Below, piece by piece: positions 51,266 to 61,619 of a stretch of DNA of 64,000 bases (within the stretch, counting starts at the first letter, position 1; the number at the start of each line of letters is the position of its first letter). Below the pieces are notes generated by a model. The model saw only the letters and a program-made list of their open reading frames with translations. It was not told the DNA's origin and searched no databases. The stretch is from Pedobacter sp. Its GTDB lineage: Bacteria; Desulfobacterota; Desulfuromonadia; Desulfuromonadales; Syntrophotaleaceae. Where the stretch lies: contig JBFWJC010000002.1 of the NCBI GenBank assembly GCA_050253415.1, positions 320,001 through 384,000 on the forward strand, written 5' to 3'. The position numbers and the translations under genes were made by a program.

Positions 51266-52222
51266 GTGAAGATTTTCGGTGGAAAATCGTCGTCGACCGG
51301 CGGTGCGACGGGGATTTCCCGCGAGGAGGGCGGGATTGGCCTGGCTCATGTGACAGGCTCGCTTGATAAACCATTTTTGGCTGGCTGTGAATTCTTCGCG
51401 GAGGATGCGGTTGACTGCGAAGAACGCCTGCAGGAGGAAGTCAAGCGCAGGGGACTCGTCCGCAGTCGTGGCATTGGCGTCATCGGTTTTGGGTCTTACG
51501 GTCTTTTCCAGGTGGCACCACCGGCAGTGCAGGACGCTGAATTGCGCGATGCCGTTCGCTGGCAAGTTAAGGATTTGATCGATTACCCCCTTGAGGAAGC
51601 CATCGTCGATGTCTTTCGCGTAGGGGCGGACAATCGCCGTGAAGGTTCCAAAAATGCCTACGTGGTAGCTGCCAGACAGTTGGTGGTACAGCAGCAGGCT
51701 CGTTTAATGCGCCATGCCCGTCTTAAAATCGATGCCATCGATATTCCCGAACTATGCTTAAGAAACCTTGCCTCCCGTCTGCCTGAAGATGCACGTGGCG
51801 TCTCGCTGCTTTATCTTGGCGTTGACCAAGGGGTGATTATTGTCTGTCGGGGAGGGCGGTTGCAATTGGCCCGAGATATCCCTTTCGGCACCTCCGCTTT
51901 ATCCGGTCCAAAAGCCGACCTGGAGTCCAGTGGATTTGATGAGCCCCAGGAACGCCTCAGCCTGCTGGCGCTTGATATTCAGCGCTCTCTCGACTTTTAC
52001 GAAAGCAGTTTTCGCCAGACTCCTGTCGCTGCACTCTATTTACTTCCCACTGTAACACCACTCCCCGAGCTTTTACCAGAATTGCAGGCACGGCTCGGGA
52101 CCTCGGTCAAAAACTTTGTTTTGGGAGAGGTCATCGACGGCGAGAGACAGGATCTGGAAACAGCGGAGAGTTGTTTGCTGGCTGTGGGTGCTGCTTTACG
52201 ACACGATCGGGAGGGGGCATGA
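51266..52222 (+). CDS. mshI: MshI (PilM-like actin-fold) pilus assembly protein
   Basis: AVRWQVKDLID, IDIPELCLRN, LDIQRSLDFYES. First gene of the msh operon; GTG start estimated. Confidence 0.8.
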   Translation: MKIFGGKSSSTGGATGISREEGGIGLAHVTGSLDKPFLAGCEFFAEDAVDCEERLQEEVKRRGLVRSRGIGVIGFGSYGLFQVAPPAVQDAELRDAVRWQVKDLIDYPLEEAIVDVFRVGADNRREGSKNAYVVAARQLVVQQQARLMRHARLKIDAIDIPELCLRNLASRLPEDARGVSLLYLGVDQGVIIVCRGGRLQLARDIPFGTSALSGPKADLESSGFDEPQERLSLLALDIQRSLDFYESSFRQTPVAALYLLPTVTPLPELLPELQARLGTSVKNFVLGEVIDGERQDLETAESCLLAVGAALRHDREGA

Positions 52223-52824
52223 GACAGCAGATCAATCTCTACCAGCCGGCTTTGTTCGAAAAAAAAGCGCCTTTTCCAGCCGTGCTGATGTTCATAATTC
52301 TGGGAGCGGTTGTCGTGCTGGCACTGTTAGTTGGTGCCTTGTGTTTATGGAGAGCCTCCGTGCTTGAGACCAACCTCGCTCTTTCACAGTCACGTCAGAC
52401 TGCAGCGTTGCAGCGAATCGATGAATATCAACGTCAGTATCCACCTCGAACGGCCGACCCTGTCCTTGCACGCAAAGTTGAAAAAATGATGGGCGACCGA
52501 CAGGCGCGTCTTGCATTGCTGCAATTGTTGACCGGCGGCCAGCCGGGTAACAGCGTGGGGTTTTCCAGGTATCTTGAGGGTTTGGCCCGCGAAGACCTTT
52601 CCACGGTCTGGTTGCGTCGCATTCGGCTTAGTGCCGGAGGTCATAATCTTCTGCTCGAGGGGAGTGCCACGAGGGCAGCCGACGTACCGCTTTACCTGCA
52701 AGGCCTGAATCGGCAGCAGGATTATGCCGGTCGTGAGTTTGATCACCTGCAGTTGACTCAATCTGAGGATAATCGCCAGATTGTCGATTTTCTGTTGCAA
52801 ACCAATCAAGAGGGAAAACCATGA
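52219..52824 (+). CDS. PilN-like MSHA protein (MshI2)
   Basis: MRQQINLY N-terminal motif, TM segment, WLRRI..LEGSA. Confidence 0.8.
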   Translation: MRQQINLYQPALFEKKAPFPAVLMFIILGAVVVLALLVGALCLWRASVLETNLALSQSRQTAALQRIDEYQRQYPPRTADPVLARKVEKMMGDRQARLALLQLLTGGQPGNSVGFSRYLEGLAREDLSTVWLRRIRLSAGGHNLLLEGSATRAADVPLYLQGLNRQQDYAGREFDHLQLTQSEDNRQIVDFLLQTNQEGKP

Positions 52825-53498
52825 AGGCGTTTGCGATCCGTTTCCGTCAGTGGACCGCCTGGCTTGATAAGCGCAGCCTGCGGGAAAGGGTTTTGCTGCT
52901 GGTTGTGGTGCTGGTACTTGGAGGTTTTGTTGCCGACGCTTTGTTTTTCCATCCCCAGGGGATAAAACGTCGCCAGCTGCACGATCAAATAACCGCTATG
53001 AATGCCGCTGTCGCCGAGCTGGATCGGCAAGCGGATGCGATTAAGGTCCGTGCCCAACAAGATCCGGATCGGGAACCGCGTGCTCGCCAGCAACAGTTGC
53101 AAATGGAATTGGACCAGCTTGATGGGCGATTGAAGGCCTTGACCGTTGACCTTATTTCACCGCGTGATATGGCCGAGGTGCTGCGTGAGTTGTTGACGCG
53201 CCAGGCAGGTATGAAGCTCGTACGCCTGGAAAACCTGCCGCCGATCGAATTGTTGCCAGCTTCAAAAGATGATGCCGAGGTGGATGACGAAGAGCGTCCC
53301 AACCTTTATCGCCATCCCGTGCATATCGTGATGTCCGGAACCTACCTGCAAGCGTTGGATTATTTACGGGATCTTGAAAAATTGCCAAGGAAGTTGTTTT
53401 GGGATGATCTGGAGATCGTGGTGGGCGACTATCCTCAAACTGAAATAACCCTGACGGTGTATACCCTCAGTGTCAGAAAGGGGTGGATCGGTGTATAA
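52821..53498 (+). CDS. mshJ: MshJ (PilO/GspM-like)
   Basis: SLRERVLL TM segment, LYRHPV..GTY..LDYLRDLE.LP..FW, YTLS...GWIGV. Confidence 0.82.
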   Translation: MKAFAIRFRQWTAWLDKRSLRERVLLLVVVLVLGGFVADALFFHPQGIKRRQLHDQITAMNAAVAELDRQADAIKVRAQQDPDREPRARQQQLQMELDQLDGRLKALTVDLISPRDMAEVLRELLTRQAGMKLVRLENLPPIELLPASKDDAEVDDEERPNLYRHPVHIVMSGTYLQALDYLRDLEKLPRKLFWDDLEIVVGDYPQTEITLTVYTLSVRKGWIGV

Positions 53499-53859
53499 CC
53501 GGCATAAACGCTGGATGGCCACGAGTGTAGCCCTGTTATTTTTTTGTTTGAACTGTGGATCTTTGGCTTTCGCAGAGCAACCGTTATCCGATCCGACCAG
53601 GCCGGTTGTTTTGTCTGGTGTGGGCTTGGGTGCTTCAACGCCAAAAACCGTAAAGTGGAAACTGACCTCGACCTTGATTGCACCGCAAAGGCAGGTTGCA
53701 GTCATTAACGATCAGGTCGTGAAGGTTGGGCAAAAAATCGATGGCGCCAAACTGGTGGCCGTGAAGCCCGGAAGTGCCCTGTTGCTCCATGCCGGGAAAA
53801 CGATTCAACTCAAGCTGATTTCCGGCACCGTGAAACAAGCGGCAGTGCCGGTGCCTTGA
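53491..53859 (+). CDS. mshK: MshK
   Basis: Signal-like segment, L.DPTRP, AVINDQVVKVGQKIDGAKLV. Start uncertain (53470, 53491 or 53515). Confidence 0.75.
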   Translation: MYNRHKRWMATSVALLFFCLNCGSLAFAEQPLSDPTRPVVLSGVGLGASTPKTVKWKLTSTLIAPQRQVAVINDQVVKVGQKIDGAKLVAVKPGSALLLHAGKTIQLKLISGTVKQAAVPVP

Positions 53860-53885
53860 AGCGAGGATGCGTGCGAAATCTGATA

Positions 53886-55598
53886 ATGACCAGGAATAAA
53901 CATTTTCGTAACTGGATGATGCCTGCGCTGATCCCGGTGTTGTTACTTGCCGCCGGTTGTGCGCCCAGACCCCGGGGAGAAATGCCCCTTGCTCACTTTG
54001 AGCAACAACTTGATGAGCAGCAACCGGTTCCCAAAACCCTGCCTGAAGAAGTGTCGGCCGCTTTGCTGCCGCCGGGTATGGACATGCAATCCGGGGTAGC
54101 TGTTGCTGTTGAGGAGCCACGCTTTGATGTGTCCACCAATAATACCCCTGCTCAAGAGTTTTTCATGGGGCTGGTGGAGGGAACTCCTTATAACATGGTG
54201 GTGCATCCCGCGGTTGCCGGCAATGTGTCTCTTAATCTCAAGGGAGTTACCATCCCAGAAGTCATGGATATTTTGCGGGATGTTTACGGTTTTCAATACC
54301 GGTCCACCCGTAGCGGCTTTCAGGTTATGCCGGATGCGTTGCAGACCCAGGTGTTTTACGTCAATTACCTTAATCTGGTGCGCAAGGGGCTGTCCCAGAC
54401 CCGGGTAAGCTCCGGTCAGGTCAGCGAAGCGAGCAACAGCGACGATAATAACGACAATAGCGGGTCTAGAAGTCGTAATCGTGACGATGGCAGCGCCATG
54501 GTTTCAGGTAGCCGGATCGATACCGAGTCGAGTGCCGATTTCTGGAGCGAATTGAGTGGTGCCTTGCGCACCATGGTTGGCCAGGAAGAAGGTCGGCGCG
54601 TGGTTATTCAACCCCAGGCCGGCGTGGTGGTGGTTCGGGCGCTGCCCGATGAGTTGCGTAACATAGAAAGCTATCTGGCGACCATTCAGGGGAATCTGCA
54701 GCGTCAAGTAATTCTTGAGGCCAAGATTCTCGAGGTGGAGCTCGGTGACGGCTATCAGGCCGGTATCAACTGGTCGGTCGTGAGCGGCGACGTTACGGTT
54801 GCGCAGTCGCGCGGTGATATCTTTGCCGATAACGGCATGGCCAATATTGTCGGCAGCGCAGGTGCTGCCATCGCTTCGGGCCTCACTTCCGGAGCTTTTG
54901 GCGGAGTCTTTAGTGCTGCCATGAACTTCAATAACTTCCAGGCGTTTATCGAGTTGCTCGAAACCCAGGGTGATGTTCAGGTGCTGTCCAGTCCGCGCAT
55001 CTCCACGGTGAATAATCAGAAAGCGGTGATCAAGGTCGGCTCCGACGAGTTTTTTGTGACCGATGTTTCCAGCGATACGGTTACCGGAACCACCACGACC
55101 ACCTCGCCGGATATTACCCTGACGCCGTTTTTCTCCGGTATTGCCCTGGATGTGACGCCGCAGATCGATACGAACGGCCGGGTGACGCTGCATGTGCATC
55201 CTACCGTCAGTGAAGTCACCGACCAGACCAAGGATATCACCGTTGCCGGGCAGACTCAGAGCCTGCCGCTGGCCTTCAGCACAGTGCGCGAGTCCGACAG
55301 TATCGTTTCGGCAGAAAGCGGGCAGGTAGTGGTTATCGGCGGTCTTATGAAAGATCAACTGCAGAAAAGGGATGCAAGTGTCCCGCTGCTCGGGCGATTG
55401 CCGGGTGTCGGCAGTCTTTTCCGCCAGACTCAGTCCATTTCGCGCAAGAGTGAACTGGTTATTCTGCTGCGGCCGATGGTGGTTGAGGCCGGAAGCTGGG
55501 ATCAGGCTCTCGATGCCTCGCGAAAACAATTCAAGTCTCTGGGCAGCGAATTCGATACCGAGTGGCGCGGCGGCAAATTTGCGCGACCAGCCCGCTGA
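53886..55598 (+). CDS. mshL: MSHA secretin MshL (lipoprotein)
   Basis: Lipobox LAAGC, QVILEAKILEV, VLSSPRISTVNNQKAVIKVG, VPLLGRLP, KSELVILLRP. Start approximate. Confidence 0.9.
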   Translation: MTRNKHFRNWMMPALIPVLLLAAGCAPRPRGEMPLAHFEQQLDEQQPVPKTLPEEVSAALLPPGMDMQSGVAVAVEEPRFDVSTNNTPAQEFFMGLVEGTPYNMVVHPAVAGNVSLNLKGVTIPEVMDILRDVYGFQYRSTRSGFQVMPDALQTQVFYVNYLNLVRKGLSQTRVSSGQVSEASNSDDNNDNSGSRSRNRDDGSAMVSGSRIDTESSADFWSELSGALRTMVGQEEGRRVVIQPQAGVVVVRALPDELRNIESYLATIQGNLQRQVILEAKILEVELGDGYQAGINWSVVSGDVTVAQSRGDIFADNGMANIVGSAGAAIASGLTSGAFGGVFSAAMNFNNFQAFIELLETQGDVQVLSSPRISTVNNQKAVIKVGSDEFFVTDVSSDTVTGTTTTTSPDITLTPFFSGIALDVTPQIDTNGRVTLHVHPTVSEVTDQTKDITVAGQTQSLPLAFSTVRESDSIVSAESGQVVVIGGLMKDQLQKRDASVPLLGRLPGVGSLFRQTQSISRKSELVILLRPMVVEAGSWDQALDASRKQFKSLGSEFDTEWRGGKFARPAR

Positions 55599-55610
55599 CG
55601 GGGCAACAGC

Positions 55611-56459
55611 ATGTATCGGGAACATTTCGGACTGGCGTCGAAACCTTTTAGTCTGACGCCTGATGCTGATTTTCTGTTTGACCATTGCGGTTACCGTGAA
55701 GCGCTTAACGTCCTGCTGGTGGCTCTGGATAGCGGCGAAGGATTCATTAAGATCACTGGTGAGGTCGGTACCGGAAAGACTCTGCTTTGCCGCCGGTTAC
55801 TCGATGTATTGGCCGAATCCCACACCACAGCCTATGTGCCCAACCCGTTACTGGATCCCACGGAGCTCTACGCTGTGGTGGCCGACGAGATAGGAGCCGG
55901 CTTTAACAAAGCGACCGATTCCCATCATGCGCTCAAGCGCATTGAACGTCGTCTGCTCAAGCTGGGCGGATCCGGTCGGTCGGTGGTGCTATGTATCGAC
56001 GAAGCACAAGCCATGTCGGATCGTACCCTTGAAGCGCTGCGGTTATTGAGCAATCTTGAGACAGAGAAACGCAAGCTGCTGCATATCGTGCTATTCGGGC
56101 AGCCGGAACTCGATGTGCGCCTCCAGGATTACGCCCTGCGTCAGTTGCGTCAGCGGATCGTTTTCAGTTACCGGCTGCCGGCGCTCGGTCGGCGGGAGGT
56201 CAAAGGCTATGTGAACCACCGTCTGAAGGCTGCTGGTTTCCAGGGTGACGGATTGTTTGAACCGGCAGCCTTGCGCAAACTTTGGTTTGCGAGCCGTGGC
56301 GTCCCCCGGCTGGTCAATATTTTGGCAAATAAAGCTTTGCTGGCTGCTTTTGGTCAGGGAGATGGCACTGTGAGGAGCCGACATGTGCGCTCCGCCATCC
56401 TCGATACGGTCGATGCCCGGCGCGGTTGGTTTTCCTGGGCACGAGGAGTAAGGATTTGA
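55611..56459 (+). CDS. mshM: ExeA-family ATPase MshM
   Basis: MY.EHFGL..KPFSLTPD, GEVGTGKTLLCR, IDEAQ, GQPEL. Confidence 0.9.
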   Translation: MYREHFGLASKPFSLTPDADFLFDHCGYREALNVLLVALDSGEGFIKITGEVGTGKTLLCRRLLDVLAESHTTAYVPNPLLDPTELYAVVADEIGAGFNKATDSHHALKRIERRLLKLGGSGRSVVLCIDEAQAMSDRTLEALRLLSNLETEKRKLLHIVLFGQPELDVRLQDYALRQLRQRIVFSYRLPALGRREVKGYVNHRLKAAGFQGDGLFEPAALRKLWFASRGVPRLVNILANKALLAAFGQGDGTVRSRHVRSAILDTVDARRGWFSWARGVRI

Positions 56460-57892
56460 GTCTCATCAACCAGATGCTGAAGGACCTTGAAAAGCGCACC
56501 AATGAGGGGCCGCCTTCCGCTACATGCTTGTCTTCACAGGTGACTTCTGTATCTGCTTCCCGTCGTTGCCGCAAGGTTCTGTGGGGCGGGTTGTCGCTGC
56601 TGCTTGTCTGTGCCGGCGTAGTCTGGTTTGTGGAATACGGAAGGCCCCGTGTCCTTGTCAATCGTGCTGGTGAGGCTGACGTCGTGCAGGCATCGGAATC
56701 CGCCGGTGCGATTAACGGCCTTCCGGAAGGACACCCTACCGTCAGTCAGCCGGCCATGGTTACGGCAGACAAACTCCCCACCAACCTTGAAATGGTGCGG
56801 ATGCAGCAGCAAGACGACCAGTTGCAGATCGAACTCGTTTTTTCAAGTGCGCCGGTTTACGGCCTGGCCCGCGGGGATCAGGGCCGGCAGCTGGTTCTGG
56901 ATGTGCCGGGCGGGGTGATGACTGCTTCGCTGCCGAATACGGCAGGTTTGCCCCTGTTGCACAGCGTGGCAAGCCAGAGTCGGGAGTCCGGCGTGCAGCT
57001 GATGTTCAGTTTTAACCAGAGTTGTCGTTACGACGCGTTGGTGTTGTCCGAAAACTCTGTCGGTCCCGGCCAAACCCTGAGTTTTATGGTGCAGGTCGAG
57101 CCGGTGGAGCCCGCTGCGGCAGCGCTTCAAGCATTGCGGGAGATCGATGCCCCCCCAGTATCGCTTGCGGCCACGACACAGGCAGACAAAGACTCGTATC
57201 CTGTCCCGTCCGCCGTCAGCAGTAAGCCTGAACAAAGTGTTGTTCGTCAAGAGGTGCAGCTGTCGCCTCGCGCCCGCGCCGAAAACTATTTCCGGGACGC
57301 CGGCGTCGCTTTGCAACAGGGTCGGCAGCGTGAGGCGGAGGCCGCCTTGCGGGCTGCCCTCGCTCTTGATCCGGTGCATGTTGAAGTACGCGATATGCTG
57401 TTGCGGTTGCTGGTGCAGCAGAACCGCCGTGCAGATTACAGGGCTTTGCTGGCCGATGGACTCAGGCAGGATCCCCAATACCTGCCGTACCGGGTGCAAT
57501 ACGCACGTCTGCTAGTCCAGGACGGAGCGTTGTCTGAGGCCCGGGATCACCTGACCCGTGAGCCCCGCCCCCCGGTTATCGAGGCATTGGACCTATACGC
57601 CATGCTGGCGACGGTGTATCAGCGCCAGGGTCAGTATGTGGAGGCGGCGCAAACCTATCGCGCCCTGCTGGCAGTCAAACCGGAGCAGTCTGTGTGGTGG
57701 ATGGGACTTGGCATCGCTCTTGAAGGAGCTACCCTGGAAGATCAGGCGCAGCAAGCTTATCGGCAGGCCATTTCCCGCGGCGGATTGTCCTCAGGGCTGC
57801 AGACTTACATTCGGCAGCGTTTGACGGTTCTTGGTAACCGTGGCGCGCAGGCCCCTGCGACCAGCATGAGCGCAGGTAAGGAACCATCATGA
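56456..57892 (+). CDS. mshN: MshN TPR protein
   Basis: TTG start giving (M)SLINQMLKDLE, TM segment, C-terminal TPRs (WWMGLGIALE..A..AY). Confidence 0.82.
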   Translation: MSLINQMLKDLEKRTNEGPPSATCLSSQVTSVSASRRCRKVLWGGLSLLLVCAGVVWFVEYGRPRVLVNRAGEADVVQASESAGAINGLPEGHPTVSQPAMVTADKLPTNLEMVRMQQQDDQLQIELVFSSAPVYGLARGDQGRQLVLDVPGGVMTASLPNTAGLPLLHSVASQSRESGVQLMFSFNQSCRYDALVLSENSVGPGQTLSFMVQVEPVEPAAAALQALREIDAPPVSLAATTQADKDSYPVPSAVSSKPEQSVVRQEVQLSPRARAENYFRDAGVALQQGRQREAEAALRAALALDPVHVEVRDMLLRLLVQQNRRADYRALLADGLRQDPQYLPYRVQYARLLVQDGALSEARDHLTREPRPPVIEALDLYAMLATVYQRQGQYVEAAQTYRALLAVKPEQSVWWMGLGIALEGATLEDQAQQAYRQAISRGGLSSGLQTYIRQRLTVLGNRGAQAPATSMSAGKEPS

Positions 57893-59673
57893 CGGTACGC
57901 AAAAAAATACGCATCGGCGAATTGCTGGTGCAGCACCAGATAATCAGCGAAGAGCAATTGCATACTGCGCTTTCCGAGCAAAAACGCACCGGTAGCAAGC
58001 TGGGTCACACCCTGGTGGAACTGGGTTATCTCAGCCCGACCGGGTTCCTCAAGTTTCTCGGCCAACAGCTGCAGATCCCCTATATCGACCTACGGCACTA
58101 CCAGTACAAAGCCGATTCGGTGCGCCTGCTTCCGGAAATCTACACCCGGCGGTTTCGAGCCCTGGTTCTGGCGGAAGAGCGCGACGGCCTGCTGGTCGGC
58201 ATGGCCGACCCGACCGATATCTTTGCCTTTGACGAGCTGCGCCGCATTCTTAAGCGGCCCATCAAGCTGGCTGTCGTCGGTGAAGACGAACTGCTCGATA
58301 TCGTCGACCGTATTTACCGTCGCACCGATGAAATTATCCATATCGCCGGCGAACTCAGTGAAGAACTCGGCGATGGCGGCATCGACCTCGAAACTCTGCT
58401 GTCAAGTAGCGATATCGAAGACGCACCGGTCGTGCGCCTGCTGCATACCCTGTTTGAGGATGCCGTGCAGATCGGCGCTTCGGATATCCATATCGAGCCG
58501 GATGAATCGGTGCTGCGCATCCGGCAGCGTATCGACGGCATTCTGCACGAACAGGTCATGAAGGAAAAACGCATAGGCGGCGCGCTGGTGTCGCGTCTGA
58601 AGCTGATGAGTGGCCTGGATATTTCAGAACGCCGCCTGCCCCAGGATGGACGTTTCAATATCCGCGTTCGTGGGCGCAGCATCGATATCCGCCTTTCGAC
58701 CATGCCGTTGCAATACGGTGAATCGGTGGTTATGCGTTTGCTCGATCAGTCCGGCGGCCTGCTACGACTGGAACAGATCGGCATGCCCGAAACCATGCTG
58801 CCGCGTTTTCGCAACCTGATTCAACGCCCCCACGGATTGGTACTGGTTACCGGACCGACCGGTAGCGGTAAGACCACCACCCTTTACGGAGCTCTCAACG
58901 AACTTAACGACGCCACCAAGAAGATCATCACCGTTGAGGATCCCGTCGAATATCGGTTGCCGCGTATCAACCAGGTGCAGGTACAGAATCGCATCGACCT
59001 TTCCTTTGCCAAGGTTTTGCGCGCCGCGTTGCGACAGGACCCCGACGTGGTTATGGTCGGCGAAATGCGCGACCAGGAGACCGCCCAGATCGGTTTGCGC
59101 GCTGCCATGACCGGTCACCTGGTGCTCTCCACCCTGCATACAAACGATGCCGTGAGTACCGCTTTAAGGCTTCTCGATATGGGGGCCGAGGGCTTTGTGG
59201 TCGGCAGCTCACTGTTGGCCATCCTGGCCCAGCGTCTGGTGCGCCGCATCTGCGTAAGTTGTATCGAGGAGGATCCTCTCGATGCCAACAAACGTAGCTG
59301 GCTGGCCGCCATGGTGGGCCCCCCGGCTCGGCAACAGGTTTTCAAGCGTGGTGCCGGTTGTCCCCGCTGCCATAACACAGGCTACCACGGCCGCATCGGT
59401 ATCTTCGAACTGCTGCAGATCGATAATTCTCTGGCCGATGCTCTGCGTCGCGGCGACAGCGCGGGGTTTGCTCTATTGGCTCGTAATCAGGCAGGTTTCA
59501 AGCCTTTGGCGCTGGCGGCTTTTGACTATGCCAGCCAGGGTCTCACCAGCATGGACGAAGTGCTGCGCGTGTCCGGGCAGCTCGAGGAATACGATGCTAT
59601 GGCCGAGGAACTGTCCTGTTATGACCTGGAAGAGGTAGAGGCGAATGCCGCAGTTCAAGTACCAGGCGCGTAG
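57889..59673 (+). CDS. mshE: MshE/PilB assembly ATPase with MshEN domain
   Basis: RIGELLV..LSEQ MshEN motif, GPTGSGKTTTLY, TVEDPVE, LRQDPD, CxxC..CxxC. Confidence 0.93.
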   Translation: MTVRKKIRIGELLVQHQIISEEQLHTALSEQKRTGSKLGHTLVELGYLSPTGFLKFLGQQLQIPYIDLRHYQYKADSVRLLPEIYTRRFRALVLAEERDGLLVGMADPTDIFAFDELRRILKRPIKLAVVGEDELLDIVDRIYRRTDEIIHIAGELSEELGDGGIDLETLLSSSDIEDAPVVRLLHTLFEDAVQIGASDIHIEPDESVLRIRQRIDGILHEQVMKEKRIGGALVSRLKLMSGLDISERRLPQDGRFNIRVRGRSIDIRLSTMPLQYGESVVMRLLDQSGGLLRLEQIGMPETMLPRFRNLIQRPHGLVLVTGPTGSGKTTTLYGALNELNDATKKIITVEDPVEYRLPRINQVQVQNRIDLSFAKVLRAALRQDPDVVMVGEMRDQETAQIGLRAAMTGHLVLSTLHTNDAVSTALRLLDMGAEGFVVGSSLLAILAQRLVRRICVSCIEEDPLDANKRSWLAAMVGPPARQQVFKRGAGCPRCHNTGYHGRIGIFELLQIDNSLADALRRGDSAGFALLARNQAGFKPLALAAFDYASQGLTSMDEVLRVSGQLEEYDAMAEELSCYDLEEVEANAAVQVPGA

Positions 59674-60871
59674 CGCCGCCGGCGCATTGCTGGAGGGGAT
59701 CATGGAGGCTCCCAATGCCGCCATGGTGGCCGATCAGCTGCTTGCAGGCGGCTCCGCCCCGGTGCGCATCACCGAGGAGGCGCCGAAAGCTGCCGGCCGT
59801 TCCGCTCTGCAGTGGCAGTTCGGTGGTCAGCGCATCGATCCCGATGATCTGATTCTGTTCTGCCGCCAGATGTACAGCCTTACCAGGGCCGGCGTACCGC
59901 TGCTGCGCGCATTACGCGGCATGACCGAATCCGCTTGCAAGCCGATCATGGCGGAGACGCTGCAGGCAGTTATGGATGATCTCGAGAGCGGCCATGACCT
60001 GTCCGGCGCCTTGCGAAGGCATCCCAAAATATTTCCCGCTCTGCTGGTTAACATGATCCAGGTCGGTGAGAGCAGTGGGCGGCTTGACGATTCGTTCAAC
60101 GAAGTAGCTTCCTACCTGACCCGCGAAAAACAGACCGCCGACCAGATCAAGGCGGCGATGCGGTATCCGAGTTTTGTGCTGGTAGCGATTTTGGTAGCCA
60201 TTGCCATTATCACGCTGTTTGTCATACCGGCGTTTGAGAAACTGTTTAAAAGTCAGGGAGCTCAATTGCCGTTGCCGACCCGCATCATCCTCGGCCTCTC
60301 CAACTTTGCCGTGTCCTGGTGGTGGGCGATTGGTATCGCGTTGATAGCAGGGTTTTTCGGCTGGCGCGCCTGGGTGAAAACCGAACAAGGCGAATTGATC
60401 TGGGATCGTTTCAAGTTGCGCCTGCCGGTGGTCGGCAGCATTATCCATCGCGCCATCCTGGTGCGATTCGCGCGGGGGTTCGCTATGGGATACAGCGCCG
60501 GGGTGCCGCTGATTCAGTCCCTGAATCTGACCGCCCAGGCGGTGGGGAACGCGTATGTGCAGCAGCGCCTCGGGAAACTGCGGCGGGGTGTCGAGCACGG
60601 CGATACTCTCACCCGCAGCGCCGCCGCCAGCGAGATGTTCACCCCGCTGGTGCTGCAGATGCTGGCCGTCGGTGAGGAAACCGGCTCCGTCGATGCCATG
60701 CTGCTGGAGATTGGGGATTTTTACGAGCGTGAGATCGAGTACGATATCAGCCGCCTTTCCAGCGCCATTGAACCGATCCTTATCGTCATCATCGGCGGCA
60801 TGGTGTTGGTGCTGGCCCTCGGCGTGTTCCTGCCCATGTGGAACATGGCCAGCGTCATGCGCGGAGGCTGA
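59645..60871 (+). CDS. mshG: MshG/PilC platform protein
   Basis: FCRQM....AGVPL, GESSGRL, AMRYP, GEETG, EP..I, FLPMW. Confidence 0.92.
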   Translation: MPQFKYQARSAAGALLEGIMEAPNAAMVADQLLAGGSAPVRITEEAPKAAGRSALQWQFGGQRIDPDDLILFCRQMYSLTRAGVPLLRALRGMTESACKPIMAETLQAVMDDLESGHDLSGALRRHPKIFPALLVNMIQVGESSGRLDDSFNEVASYLTREKQTADQIKAAMRYPSFVLVAILVAIAIITLFVIPAFEKLFKSQGAQLPLPTRIILGLSNFAVSWWWAIGIALIAGFFGWRAWVKTEQGELIWDRFKLRLPVVGSIIHRAILVRFARGFAMGYSAGVPLIQSLNLTAQAVGNAYVQQRLGKLRRGVEHGDTLTRSAAASEMFTPLVLQMLAVGEETGSVDAMLLEIGDFYEREIEYDISRLSSAIEPILIVIIGGMVLVLALGVFLPMWNMASVMRGG

Positions 60872-60880
60872 GTGGGGGTT

Positions 60881-61408
60881 ATGAAACCCAAAACTCCGCG
60901 GCATCACAGGCGCTGGACTCTGCGGCTATTCGAGTGGGGGGTGCTGGTCTGTGTGATATTGATTCTAATGGGAGTGTTTCTGCGCAAAGTACGGCATCTG
61001 CAGGCCGAAGCCGAGCGGCTCAACGTTCAGGCGATGGTAGAAAATATGCGTGCCGCCGTGCTGCTTGCTGGCATCCTGCCTGCCAAACAGGTTTCGCAAC
61101 GCTCCTTGGTAACTCCGGACGGCAACCCCGCGGCACTGCTTCAGGCACAAATGGGTCTGGTCCCTGCCGGTTATCTGGGCGAACTGGACGAGGCGGATCC
61201 CTACCGGATTGCGAAGGGGAGCTGGTATTTTGACCGTGCCCGGCAGGCACTGGTCTACCGTCTGCGCAGTACGGACGGATTTACAAGCCCGCTGCCCGGC
61301 CCGGCTCGCATCCGTCTATGCCTCCGCAAAGGGGCTAGCGGCGAAAACGGCGGTCTCCCCTTGCAGCTTGAGGCGTGTGAGCCATATCGGTGGCAGACGG
61401 GAAAATAG
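60881..61408 (+). CDS. MshF-like / atypical pilin-like protein
   Basis: Basic N-terminus plus a hydrophobic helix with a degenerate prepilin motif (LRLFE), P.GYLGE, WYFD.....LVY. Follows mshG. Confidence 0.6.
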   Translation: MKPKTPRHHRRWTLRLFEWGVLVCVILILMGVFLRKVRHLQAEAERLNVQAMVENMRAAVLLAGILPAKQVSQRSLVTPDGNPAALLQAQMGLVPAGYLGELDEADPYRIAKGSWYFDRARQALVYRLRSTDGFTSPLPGPARIRLCLRKGASGENGGLPLQLEACEPYRWQTGK

Positions 61409-61619
61409 ATGGTCGCTAATTTAATATTGTGTTCCTAATAAAAAAATGACATATTTTTGTCATTTCTAAGAAAGCTGGTTGTGCTAGTGTGCGAAAAATG
61501 TCACTAATTTGGCATTTGGATAGGCAGGCTCGTATTGAAGGTTTAAAGTCCTGAGAAGTTGAGTGGGATCGGCCTTCGTTGTATCAACTTCATTTTATGT
61601 AAAACAAAGGAGAGAAAAC

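Noticed and set aside
61509..61526. Sigma-54 promoter for the pilin (TTGGCATTTGGATAGGCA)
   Set aside because: GG-to-GC spacing is 11 rather than the strictly required 10.
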